DNA of 64,000 nucleotides, from assembly GCF_947568905.1 (NCBI RefSeq), contig NC_079169.1:84258001-84322000 (forward strand). Reading direction: 5' to 3'. The stretch comes from Ostrea edulis (Eukaryota). Of the stretch, positions 35,320 to 47,487 are shown piece after piece; position 1 is the stretch's first letter; each line of letters opens with the position of its first letter. Both the position numbers and the translations under genes were made by a program. Under the pieces are notes generated by a model, which saw only the letters and a program-made list of their open reading frames with translations, was not told the origin of the DNA and did not search any database.

Positions 35320-36267
35320 AATTTGAGTATAATTGATGAATTGGATCACATTTTCTCAAAATAGCTGTGAATATCAGAGATGATTTATGTGAAACTGTAT
35401 GCAACATGATTTCTTTTGTGAACCGATATCAGAATTAGTTTTTCTTTTAAATATTTTCTTTGAAGTTTTGCAGGAGTAAAGAAATGGCAGTTACACTATA
35501 TATCGTCTTTCCTATCAGAACTTATGAGCATCAGCAGATTGTGTAAAAAACTACTTTTCATTACTGTTTATGAAATGTTGAGCATATTTATATATTGAAA
35601 AGCAGTTTAACATGGAGAGGTGTTGAATTCAGATTTTCATTTTCAGAACCTTGAAACCACAATATAGTAAAATCATAGCGTAGTTCATTGTCATTTGTTT
35701 TAGGTAGATTTCCTAAAAGATATATATATAGTATTTACTGCTGAATCCCATATGTGCTATACATATATGTAGATACATGTATAAATGTAATATGCAACTA
35801 ATTTGTAATGTCTAACATTCAGTAATATTTCTGCAAGTAATTTATTATTGCACATGTAGATTAGATTTTGTATCTTTTAATACAAAAATCACAATGTATT
35901 ATATATATTTTTTTAAAATATATTTAAATTTAGCGAGCTTATATATTATTCCAAAGCAAATGATATTTCATTGACAACATAATATAGTCTGTCTGACCTT
36001 TAACCTTTTGTCTTTGCATGCACTTGCTATGAAATGTCATAGTGAAATGTATCCATTGTATGTAAGTACAGAAATGTGACATGTTCGGGAAAGTATTAGT
36101 AATTATACCTTTTTCTTTTCATAGTCCATTTTAAATTTAAATGATGAATAACAAAATATTATCCATCTTTTACCAGTAAAGTTCCTATCATTTTGAGAGT
36201 ACTTGTATTTATAAAAACCTCAGCATTTGAATTCAATGATGAGGGAATTTATTTTTGTGACTTTCAG

Positions 36268-36600
36268 CAATGAAGCATCTAATAGACATCATCACACAGA
36301 TAAATTGTGTCCCAGATGACGTGGTTTCCATCCTAGCTACCATCTGGGTGGTGAACTAGTTTACTGTCTTCTATTGTGGAGAAAAAAGGCAGTACACGCC
36401 ATTAGGACTTGCAATATTGGCTGCAAAACGCTTGTTTTGAGTTGCATTGGAGATTTTCAAACTGATGAACTCGCATCAGAAATTCACAGACAGTTGAATA
36501 TGAGTTGATAAATGTGGATTGTTTCTCTCATTAAATGCAGTTTTTTTTTTATTATTTCATATGCATAATAGATTTTAATATATTTAAATTATATTGTTAA
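36268..36600 (+). other. Candidate twitchin terminal exon (CAA TGA) and 3' UTR
   Basis: ctttcag|caa tga is phase-0 compatible with donors at 34645 or 34702. The 3' boundary is a guess. Confidence 0.35.
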
Positions 36601-37746
36601 ATATGTGAAAACCATTTATGTCTTTCATCACCACTGTGCAGAGTTAAACTATATTTTCATTGTATATTTTTTATTTTTAAGTGACACTAACCTTGTAAGA
36701 GTAGATTATTATTATTATTTTTTAAGGGTCAGTCAATTCTTTTGGAAAATCTCATTGTGTGCAAAATGAAAGTCTCTTTATGAATGAATTGACATTTGAA
36801 CTGATATGTGATTTTTCGAAGAAAAGTTCACCAGTAGCTATTGGTGTTTAAATGCTTAGAGTGAGGCTAACCCAACACGATTCCTTTGTAGAATTAACCA
36901 CGTACTCGGTAAATTTCGTAGACAAAGTTTTTTTTTTAAAAAAAAACAACAAACTGAAAAATATAGTAGAGAGTAGTTGCCCCCAGTTATTAAGAAGTGT
37001 AGGCATTTGCTGTTGTGCGTGGAATTTCTCCATTAGGAATCCAGCATCCGTCTCCCCATCCCTTGCTTTGTATTCCATGACAAAAATGTTCACATATAAA
37101 AGCTGTTTTCCACATATTTAGTTTTGTCTTTTTTTTTAATTGATGAGAGATGATCGAGTTACAAGGACTTTGGTATTATGAGGAAGTACACTTTTGGATA
37201 AGAAGGGCACACGAGACTGAGGTCATTTGATGAGGATTTTTTAGTGGTCAATCCGCGAGAAATATTCCGATTGTCAAGGAATGGAGATTTAGATTTCACA
37301 TCAAGCACTACACAATTCTCTGAGAGCTCTATACATACATGGAGATATCGTGTATTGAAAGTTGATGGTAATTTGTTGAACAGTTTTTGGAAAGCATAAT
37401 ATTGATACTTGCGGGCTCTGACCTGAATTATTTTGACAGGATTATATCAGTAGAGGACGTTTATTGTGTACATGTTAATTATAAAGTTTTACATACAAAT
37501 GTGAATTCTTTACACGGGATATATATTCACAAGTCTGTATTTATACTAGATCCGATAATGCTAGCAAAACTTTAACTGCTGGTTCTGAAAAGAAAGTTTG
37601 TTTAATGCCACATACAAAATAAAAGTGAAGTGCTCTGTACTTAGATGACTACAAGTACGATGTGTTTAATCACTTCCTTGAATATATTTGTAAAATATGA
37701 CAGGATTTATCGCTTTAAATCCGTTGGTTAGGGAAAAGCAGAACTG

Positions 37747-39513
37747 ATGGCTGAAAAAAATGTATGTGCACAACAGTGCATTGGATGCTCGGGCTGTGAA
37801 CAAAATGCAGCGTATTTTTGCAAAAGTTGCCATGCAGATCTGTGTCAAGAATGTGCCTTCAAACACACAGAAAATGAGAACTCTCCACACCACGTCGTAA
37901 TATACAGCGAAAAATACATGCACGCGGAAATTGAAAGCGCACCTGTTCGGGAAATCGAAGAAATGGCAAAGGAGAAAAAGATGACGACGGATATCAACTC
38001 CGATGTCCCAACTGTCGACGGGAAGCCTGAAATGTGCAACCTACACCCTAAAATGATCTACGGGATGTGCTGTAAAGAATGCAAAGTACCTGTATGTATT
38101 CGATGTGTGAAAGAAAACCACAATGGTCACGTGTTCATCGACACAAGCGAGTTCTATGAACTGGTGAAAGGGGAATTGCAAATGCCTGTTTCGGACATGT
38201 GCTCTTCTCAAATACCACGACTTCAAACGACTCTTAATCAGGCTGTACAGGGGAGAGTGCTCTGTATCGAGGCCTTCCGAAAGGTGAAGTCGGAACTAAT
38301 CTCAGATACTGATCAGGCAAAGAAACTTCTCAATGAAAATTTGACATGCAATTTAAAAGTTATGGACGACATTGAAAGCATGCTAACCGAGGACTACCTT
38401 GAAAGAGAGAGGGACATTCAGAACAATTTGTCAGATCTACAAAACGCAGCACAGCGCTATGATGAACTGCAAACGTCACAAAGATGGGCAGAAATGATCA
38501 ATAACCACTACAGTCAACTCAAAAATCCCAGCGTTAAATTTAAAAACATTGCCCCCGTAGTTTCCCAGATTAATTATAATCGAGATACGACAATGGCATT
38601 GGACGACATAAGCAATTTGTTTGGATGCCTAACAATCCAGCCTGGAAACGTTCAGGAACTGAAACGTATTAAGGAATATACACAAAAGAAAACAAAAATT
38701 CAAGTGAAATTTCTGCCAGTCGTTCAGAAGATCATGGACTTTGAAGTGTTGGGCATCGCTCATGCAAGTCACATTTCTTACATCGGGGATGGGATGGCGT
38801 TTTTCAGTGACAACAATTCTAGACTTGTTCTAGCAAATGTGAGAGGCGAGGCGACAACTGAAAACACTACCATGTTGAATAGTGGTTATGGTTGTCACGC
38901 ACTAACACAAGGAAAAGATCTTTTAATCATAGATCTCCCCAAACATCAGATCTGCAAAATTACGGAGGAGAAGAAGATAATTTCCATTCTCAACACGGGG
39001 AAGTGGACCCCGACCACCCTCCACTGTTCCTCGCGGAATGGGGACATCTTGGTTGGAATGTTCTTCAAACACGATGCCAAAGTTGTTCGTTACAGTGACA
39101 AGGGAAAAGAACTGAACGAGAGTCAGAAAGACGCAGACGACAGCAACCTATACCGGAATCCGTGTTACATAACAGAAAACATAAACGGCGATATCTGTGT
39201 GTCTGACTGGAACAGAGAGCGCTTAATTGTCATTAACAGGGAGGGACAGCACAAGTTTTCTTACTCGGGGAGGGACTCGAGATTTTATCCACGAGGGGTT
39301 GTTACAGATGACTTGGGAAGAATTTTAGTCTGTGACTGTTGGAGGAACACAGTTCATGTTCTTGATCCAGTCGGTCAAAAAATAGCAATAATTCAAACAA
39401 AAATCTTTGGTGTAGAAGGGCCATTGTCAATTTGTTTTGGCACAAAAGGGTACCTGTGGATCGGCAACTGGTTCAACAACGTAATTACTGTTGTAAATGT
39501 TACTATGGAATAA
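37747..39513 (+). CDS. B-box x2/coiled-coil/NHL-repeat (TRIM-like) protein, copy 2, 588 aa, complete and intronless
   Basis: B-box 1 (CSGCEQNAAYFCKSCHADLCQECAFKH..HHVV), B-box 2, coiled coil and NHL repeats; no canonical RING. ATG to TAA. Confidence 0.92.
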   Translation: MAEKNVCAQQCIGCSGCEQNAAYFCKSCHADLCQECAFKHTENENSPHHVVIYSEKYMHAEIESAPVREIEEMAKEKKMTTDINSDVPTVDGKPEMCNLHPKMIYGMCCKECKVPVCIRCVKENHNGHVFIDTSEFYELVKGELQMPVSDMCSSQIPRLQTTLNQAVQGRVLCIEAFRKVKSELISDTDQAKKLLNENLTCNLKVMDDIESMLTEDYLERERDIQNNLSDLQNAAQRYDELQTSQRWAEMINNHYSQLKNPSVKFKNIAPVVSQINYNRDTTMALDDISNLFGCLTIQPGNVQELKRIKEYTQKKTKIQVKFLPVVQKIMDFEVLGIAHASHISYIGDGMAFFSDNNSRLVLANVRGEATTENTTMLNSGYGCHALTQGKDLLIIDLPKHQICKITEEKKIISILNTGKWTPTTLHCSSRNGDILVGMFFKHDAKVVRYSDKGKELNESQKDADDSNLYRNPCYITENINGDICVSDWNRERLIVINREGQHKFSYSGRDSRFYPRGVVTDDLGRILVCDCWRNTVHVLDPVGQKIAIIQTKIFGVEGPLSICFGTKGYLWIGNWFNNVITVVNVTME

Positions 39514-41198
39514 ATATAATAGTTCTCTGCAATCACACTCCTCCCCTTTGCATAATAATCAGAGATGTGAAACAAAACCTTGGTCATTTTTGGCATAGAA
39601 TAATCTGATCAAGATACACTGTATGTTGACCATCCCCACAATATCAAGGATTGGGGAGGTACGCAATTCACAAAACCTGGACACTGTAAGGGTGTAGGTT
39701 GACTAAAATATCGTACTCGTGTAAGGGACTGTTTTCATGTACACCGATTTTTTCAAGAAACAATGATAACAGATTTTACATATATATCAATATGAATACC
39801 TTTATAAATGTGTGACTATTGATTCTTTTTAATTTAACCCGCAAGTTTTCTTTTTACGAAAGCCAAACAGGCTCGTTTTTTAGAAAGTAAACGAAATTGA
39901 CTACTTATAATGAGCTAGTGTCTCGTTGAAACGAATTAATATCTCGTAATAACGAGTTAATTATCTCCTTATTTTATAACGAGGTAATTATCTCGCTATA
40001 ACGAGATAATTATCTCGTTATAAGGCGATAGTATCTCTATAACGAATTGGGTATCTCGTTACAAGGAATTAGTATCTATGGTGACGTTAGAATGTCTCTT
40101 CTCTCCAAAAACTCAATGTAACATTTAGAAATTATTTAAATTGCCAAAAATGAAGTATGATAGATTCATTCATTATATCGAGAGTGGATAGTGAGATTCT
40201 ACCGAGGGGGACAAGATTCACGGTCTAGTGATTATGTGGCTTATAAACGATCAGGGCATAGGTACTCCCTTCAATGAGACAGCGTGTCTTATGTTTTCTT
40301 TATAATTTATGCCTTGTTAAAATTATTCAAGATGGACCTTCCAAAAGAGAAATACCGTCCAAATTAAGGAAATTCAAAATGCATTTTAACATTTTGTAGT
40401 AAGCAATGACCGTGCGGATTCGGAACGGGGATTAACGACGCAAAATAACATGCAAATATTCCGTTCCCCAGAAAAATCGTCCAGAAGGTGAAGCTTCCGG
40501 ATTACCGAGACTCCACTGTAAGATCCTTTGTTAGTTTATCTTCCGCTCAGCCACTCCTTGAACTTTGTGTGTGTGTGTGCATTTTATTCATCATTTAAGA
40601 AGTCGTCAAACCACTTTCCATTTTGAATGCTAATATACTTTGACTAATTGAATGAAATTTTCAATTTCCTAAAACTCTTGAACCATTTAAGGAAATGTTG
40701 CGTTCTTAGCGGTACATCAGCTGTGGGGTGAACTACGAAACAAGCTGAAAAGGATTCGTTTTAATTGCGGTACATGGGAATGCTAAGCTGGTTTTTTTTC
40801 CTCTCGAATCAATTTACACGGACCTAAAACGCACTTGAATTTATCTTCTCTGAAAAAAGAGATAACTCGCATAGTGATACACAGGCTGTAGTAATTTGAA
40901 ATATTTGCGTTGAATCTATAACCTAAGTCTAAAGCGCACAAAACTACTGACCTGAATTGAAATGACAGAAATTGTGCGTGACAACAACAGTACTTCATAA
41001 ATGTGTCGGTCTCAAAATGTTTGAAATATAACCTCCTCGGTTTTTATACTTGATAACATTTCTCGACCTCGGAGGTTATCCTGCAATATCCAGGAAAACG
41101 CAATCTTTATTTCTAAAGTATATCTTGTACATGATGTATAATAAACCATTGATGATATTCAAGTCGTTATTTTAAATCACAAGCATATGCGCGCATAT

Positions 41199-41490
41199 AA
41201 TTACGAGGGACGGTGGTCATCAATACTGTAAAGTTTTATAATTACCGAGGGACGGTGGTCATCAATACTGTAAAGTTTTATAATTACCGAGGGACGGTGG
41301 TCATCAATACTGTAAAGTTTTATAATTACCGAGGGACGGTGGTCATCAATACTGTAAAGTTTTATAATTACCGAGGGACGGTGGTCATCAATACTGTAAA
41401 GTTTTATAATTACCGAGGGACGGTGGTCATCAATACTGTAAAGTTTTATAATTACCGAGGGACGGTGGTCATCAATACTGTAAAGTTTTA
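41199..41490. repeat. 42 bp minisatellite, 7 copies (2 copies at 3417-3500 in copy 1)
   Basis: Unit gtggtcatcaatactgtaaagttttataattaccgagggacg; explains ORF 41213-41491. Confidence 0.95.
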
Positions 41491-41652
41491 AAGGTTGCGT
41501 TACGTTTTAGGTTTATTTATTTATTTTGTTGATTTCTTTAGAAAAATAAAAAGACTGTAGCGTTATTACAGAAATATAAAATTAAAGTTTAACATTTTGA
41601 GCTCTGTAGTGTCTCTTTAACATATGAAATTATACATTTGCATAGGAAATTA

Positions 41653-42301
41653 TGGCAGCTTATTTGTGCCACTTTACAATTTGTCGTCTTTTCGGGGTGA
41701 AAAGACAACAAATTCATAATTAGCGACTTTTCGCCCCTAAATAATGAAAAGACGACAGAACGAAAAGACGACTAAATGTAGGCGAAAAGACGATAAATAA
41801 CCCGCAAATTAGCGACCTAACTTTTCGCTTGACGTTTTCTCATCTTTTCGAGGCGAAAAGATGACAAAACGATAATTAGCGACTTTTCGCCTCGAAATAA
41901 CGAAAAGACGACAAAATACAGATTTTCCCGTTATTTTGTTATCTGATTTTCAAGAAATTCAATATGAAATTTGCTGTGTTTTCGATAATTATTAATCATA
42001 TTTACAAAAAGGAAACGTCTAGATCTACTGAAGAAATCTTGTTTTTGTAAATGTTATACCAGGCATGTTGAATTGGAGGTAGGAGTGGGCAGGGGCCCTG
42101 GTTTTCCCCCCTTTTACAATTTATTTTTACACACAAATCTCATATTTTTTACATGCAACGTTTGATTGCATTTTGTCGACTTGTCGCCTTTTCGTTATTA
42201 CGGGCGAAAAGTCGCTAATTATCGTTTTGTCGTCATTTCGTTCTGTCGTCTTTTCGCCTCGAAAAGACGACAAATTGTAAAGTGACACAAATCAGCCACC
42301 A
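41653..42301. mobile_element. MITE, duplicate of 3688-4336
   Basis: Same TIRs and TA flanks. Confidence 0.75.
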
Positions 42302-42828
42302 TAGAAAATGGGTCAGGGTGAAGGAATTCCAATTATTCAATTGAAAAAAAATGTTTGAGATGGCACAGGTGCTGTAAAATGTTCAAAATTTGAAAACGAT
42401 GAATTTGTATATGAAATTGAGATCGAGGGAACAAGCCTGTCATTTCCATTTTTCTAGCCTATTTATCGTCTTGAAAAAGTGAAACCGCCTGTAGCGTTGC
42501 ACTGCAGTAACATCACTGATCGTGTCTTATATCGATCGTAGTAGATGATATTGACAATTTTTTCAACGATCAAGAAAACATTAAAAAAAAAAAAAAAAGA
42601 ACAATAGATGACATAAAATAATCGAAATCGTTTCTTGGAACTCGAAATGAAAACCGTCCTATTGAACCCCCACCCCACCCTCGGTCAGAACTGAATAACG
42701 TACTGTGTAATTTTTTTCTGAGTGTTAGAAAACCCGATAGTTCAAATCATAAATTGAACACACTAAAATGTTTTATCACATATTTACTCCTTAATCTAGC
42801 CGATATGAACTTTCCAACTCCATACACC

Positions 42829-43344
42829 TGTAGCGGTCAGCCGGGTTCAATCGCCGGTGGCCAAATAGTTCAGTTAGTAGAGTAGAGCGTCTGACAAGAG
42901 ATTTAGGGGACCAGGAATCGAGTTTCGGTTTGGTCCGTTGCATTTTCTTCCTTCCTGTTACATTTTGTGCCGTTGACCACTCCTTAACATGCAGGTGAAA
43001 GTCCTGCCAGGTGCAAAATATCTGGTTTGTTATGTTCGAGAGCGAAGACATTTAAGGAGGGGGGAATGTAGCGATCAGCCAGGTTCGATCGCCGGTGCCC
43101 AGATAGCTCAGTTGGTAGAGCACCTTACTAGATATTCAGGGGGCTCGGGTTTAATTGCCGGTCTTGTCCGTCGCATTTTCTCACTTTCGGTTACATTTAT
43201 CCTGGTCACGGCACCAAATGTAACATGGAAGGAGGAATGTCTCGGTCAGACGGGTTCGATCGCCGGTGGCCAGATAGCTCAGTTGGTAGAACATCTGAAT
43301 CGAATCTTGGTCTGGTCCGTTGCAATTTCTCCCTACCTGTTACA
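42829..43344 (+). mobile_element. tRNA-LTR miniature retrotransposon, duplicate of 4857-5372
   Basis: Same three-LTR structure; CACC at 42825-42828 and 43345-43348. Confidence 0.75.
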
Positions 43345-44700
43345 CACCAAATGAACCCGCGATACGCCACATTGAACTGGACACAAAACAATTCCATCAC
43401 AATACAGGTGTAAGAAACACAAGCACATCTAACACTCGAAGTTCCAAGACCCTTAATGTCACAGGAGGCATGCAGAATTTCCTGAATGGAAATGTACATG
43501 ATGGAAAATTCATTGTCAACACAACAACAAATCCAAAAAAAAGACCACGCTTCATCTATGACACAGATTCGGATGACTGACATTTTTCATGAATAACCAC
43601 ACAATTCCTATGCAAAATGTCTTAAAATGTAAGAAATTTTCTCAATTAAAAATTATCTTTTTATGAATTAGATATTGTGATAGTCGATATTTATTCATAT
43701 TTTCTAATGAACTATTTCTACCGGCGTAATCTTATGAATTAATGTAGTTTGGGTGAAAGTAACCGAAAGGGAATATTTTGAAATGCAAATTGAATAGTCT
43801 GTTATCATTACATTTGAGAACCATAGATCGTTCTTTTCTATTACATTTAACATATCAATTCGTTCCCTTTATAAATATTTGACGATCCTTGTCCGTTCTA
43901 CAATCACATTTGATGATCTTAAATCATTCTGTTTCCTTGTTCTTTCTCTTTGAATTAAGATACTTGATTTTTCTTCCTTACATTTCAAATCCTAGATTGT
44001 TCTCTTTGATTATATTTGATCGTCATTGGCCGGTCTCTTTAATTACATTTTATGACTTTTCATCGATTGCATTTGACCACCCTATACCGGGCCTCCTATA
44101 CGCAGTCACTCTTCGCTTTTGTTTTACTTGATTAAATTTTCCCCATATCATATAAATAGGACATTTTTCCGACATACATATTAAATGGGGCGTATTTCTC
44201 TCGCTGAAGGAAAAATGTACATTTTTAAAAAGCCTTTGTCTTTAGAGTTTGGTTTGTTGTAAAGCGGTAAACAGACAGTCATTCGATGTAGAGCAAATAA
44301 AAAGGTATGATCAGTTGTCAATCTAACTGGTGTGTTGTTATGTGCATTATTTGCTCAAAATTTAACTTCCAGGTGAATCTACACCAATATTCACTTCTCA
44401 GTCAATTTATATAGACCATTCACACTTTTTAAAGTCCCTCTTATCCATATTTAAAAAACAACAATCTTACAAATGCAACGCAATTGATCAAGGGATTGAT
44501 TTAAGGGCGGATCCAAATGATATTTGGATTTTGGCCTTTTATAATAAAAATATTTATTTCAAGAAGGTGACCTGATTAATGAACGAACTATTCTTCCCCA
44601 GGGCCTTCCACTTGATACATACATTTATAAATATACTAGAGTAATCACTTAAAAAAGAGTATAAAAAGCGTGAACACAAGGTTGTGTAACAAGATACAGT

Positions 44701-44864
44701 CAATCGGAACTCCTCGAATGTCTCGCGCACTCGACATAGATCTCGGATGTAATACGGTGGCATCCATGAGTGAATTTGATGCATTGCAAATTCACTCATG
44801 GATGCCACCGTATTACATCCGAGATCTATGTCGAGTGCGCGAGACATTCGAGGAGTTTCGATTG
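44701..44864. mobile_element. 164 bp near-perfect hairpin element with 10 bp TSD (Mutator/fold-back-like)
   Basis: 78 bp arms with one mismatch and an 8 nt loop. aagatacagt at 44691-44700 and 44865-44874; single empty site at ~6720-6729 in copy 1. Confidence 0.9.
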
Positions 44865-44889
44865 AAGATACAGTCTATCTATCACTTAA

Positions 44890-45487
44890 AGCTGTATGGT
44901 CCGAATTACAATATTTTTTCCATCTCGTAAAAACGCTATTAAATCATCGCAAGTATGTAGTTATGAGACTGTATGACATATCATGAATTATTTCACCTGT
45001 TTTAACCCAAATATTTTGATTTTAAATCGATGTTTACAAATAACCGCGTCACTCTGCCATTTCAAATGACAGTCACGTGACCAGTTCAAACTTTCAGATC
45101 ATCGGTGGTCTTATCTGTGTAAAGCTGTGCATTTTGTTATAACAGTGCCGTACCATAAGTTTAATAGAAATAAAAATATCAAATACCTTTTAGTAATTCG
45201 TTGTTTTACGCTCTTTCAGCCTTAAAACTAGACAGTTGCGTATGAGTTAATACATCATGTTGGGATTCCCCTGACGCGCGTGGGTCTATTTATAGACGTC
45301 TATTATGGGATAATTTATATATGTAGCCACTATATTTACTTTCTAAATAATATTCGCACTGTTTTCTTTTACATGCAGATGTTTTCAAGCATGTAATTAA
45401 GGGAAAGTTAATAACTTTATAAAGTAATTAATCTGCTTTAAAGTAATTATGTACAAAAATAATATATGAACATCGGGTCAAACAGCT
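44890..45487. mobile_element. ~600 bp non-autonomous DNA transposon at a TTAA site (Kolobok-like AG terminus)
   Basis: ttaa|agctgtatggtccga ... tcgggtcaaacagct inverted ends; absent from copy 1; right TTAA not preserved. Confidence 0.65.
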
Positions 45488-45615
45488 GTAAATAAATATC
45501 AGTAATAAACAATCACAAAATCTAATAATCCAGATTCCGATCAAAGGACAGAAATGCATAGGATTTATACACGAGAAAGAAAGAAAAAAAACATGCTTAA
45601 ATAGTGGTACGACAG

Positions 45616-46875
45616 TATGGCGTGTAAAACGTTGCACTATTATATTAATCTTGTTATTCATATTCGAAAACTTGTAATTTATATTCTAAAGCATATCATT
45701 CATATTCGAAAAGTTGTTATTCATATTTGATAATTTTATCATTCATATTCAAAAACATGTTATTCTTATTCTAAAACGTGTTATTCATATTCAAAAACAT
45801 GTCATTCTTATTCAATAAGTTGTAATTCATATTCTAAACTTTTCATTCGTATTCAAAAACATGTGATTCATATTCGATAATCTTATCATTCATATTCGAT
45901 AATCATATCATTCATATTCGATAATTATGTTGTTTATATTCGACAATCATGTCATTCATATTTGATAATCTTGCTATTCATATTCAAAAGCATGTAATTC
46001 ATATTCGATAATTATGTCATTCTCATTCGATAATCTTTTTATTCTTATTCAATATAATTTGCCTCCTGGGTAATATGACGCAATTTGAGACGGTTGTAAA
46101 CTGAATTTTCATTGGTTTGAAAAGTGAAAGTAAGTAATAGCGGGAGTTGCTGCATATCAGGCATCATTACATGCACTGATGTAGTTTATCTTGTAAGCAT
46201 TGTTAAAAGTTTGCAGTTCTGTAATCAATCAATAGACATTCATTACCTATGAATGTGCTGCGTACACGTGGTCCAGATATGGTAACACAATAATCTACTT
46301 TCCTTTTCACATACATGTACCCAATGAGCAGAGACTTTACAAACAGATAATATTAGCCACAATGCAAATTATATTGAATAAGAATTAAAAAATTATCTAA
46401 TAAGAATGACATGACTATTGAATAAGAATGGCATGATTATCGAATATGAATTACATGCTTTTGAATATGAATAGCAAAATTATCGAATATGAATGACATG
46501 ATTGTCAAATATAAATAACATAATTATCGAATATAAATGACATGATTATCGATTATGAATGATAAGATTATCGAATATGAATCACATGTTTTTGAATATG
46601 AATGATAAGATTATCGAATACGATTCACATGTTTTTGAATACGAATGAAAAGTTTAGAATATGAATTACAACTTATTGAATAAGAATGACATGTTTTTGA
46701 ATATGAATAACACGTTTTAGAATAAGAATAACATGTTTTTGAATATGAATGATAAAATTATCGAATATGAATAACAACTTTTCGAATATGAATGATATGT
46801 TTTAGAATATAAATTACAAGTTTTCGAATATGAATAACAAGATTAGTATAATAGTCCAACGTTTTACACGCCATA
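45616..46875. mobile_element. 1.26 kb fold-back element with long repeat-built inverted arms, 6 bp TSD
   Basis: tatggcgtgtaaaacgttg ... caacgttttacacgccata; cgacag on both sides; arms built from ttcatattcgataa repeats; absent from copy 1. Confidence 0.85.
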
Positions 46876-47487
46876 CGACAGCTAATAATGTATTTACATG
46901 GCCGTAGGAACCCCCCCCCCCCCAAATTCATATAGGAAAATTCACATATAGTAAAATGTATAATTATTTTTAAGCAGAACGTTCATTTAATTCAATGAGA
47001 CTTAGAGTCAGTCAGTGTGACTGTCCTTTAGCTTAAATTAAAAAAATATTATGAAAAGCACTTAATGCCTTAACATTTCTTAGGGCATCATCCAAAAGGT
47101 CGTAATCATGAGGTAATGGTTCGGTTCTCGTTCCCAGCTCCGCATCTGGCGTCAAACCTATGATATTTAGTGACTGTTCCTTTGCCAAGTGCCCGGCACT
47201 AGTGTCGTTTAAAGTCCTTTACCGGTATTTGTTGACGACTCATACGAGTGAAAAAATCTCGCAAAAGGTATCTAATATGTGTGACCTTGACTAACTTTCA
47301 AGGTCTAATAATTCATTAGATAGCTTGTTCATAGAAACTTCGTCTTGATACAAAAATGTCTATGCCCAACTGTCCTAATACCAGTTCAACGTTTGTATAT
47401 ATTTAAAATCTTTTTGTAAAGCTAATATGATGAATTGTTGACTTTTTTATCATACAGTTTTTATGGTAAAGGTAAACCCTACAATGT

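Noticed and set aside
41213-41491. 92 aa repetitive ORF (VVINTVKFYNYRGT)n
   Set aside because: Translation of a 42 bp minisatellite that has only two units in the paralogous copy.
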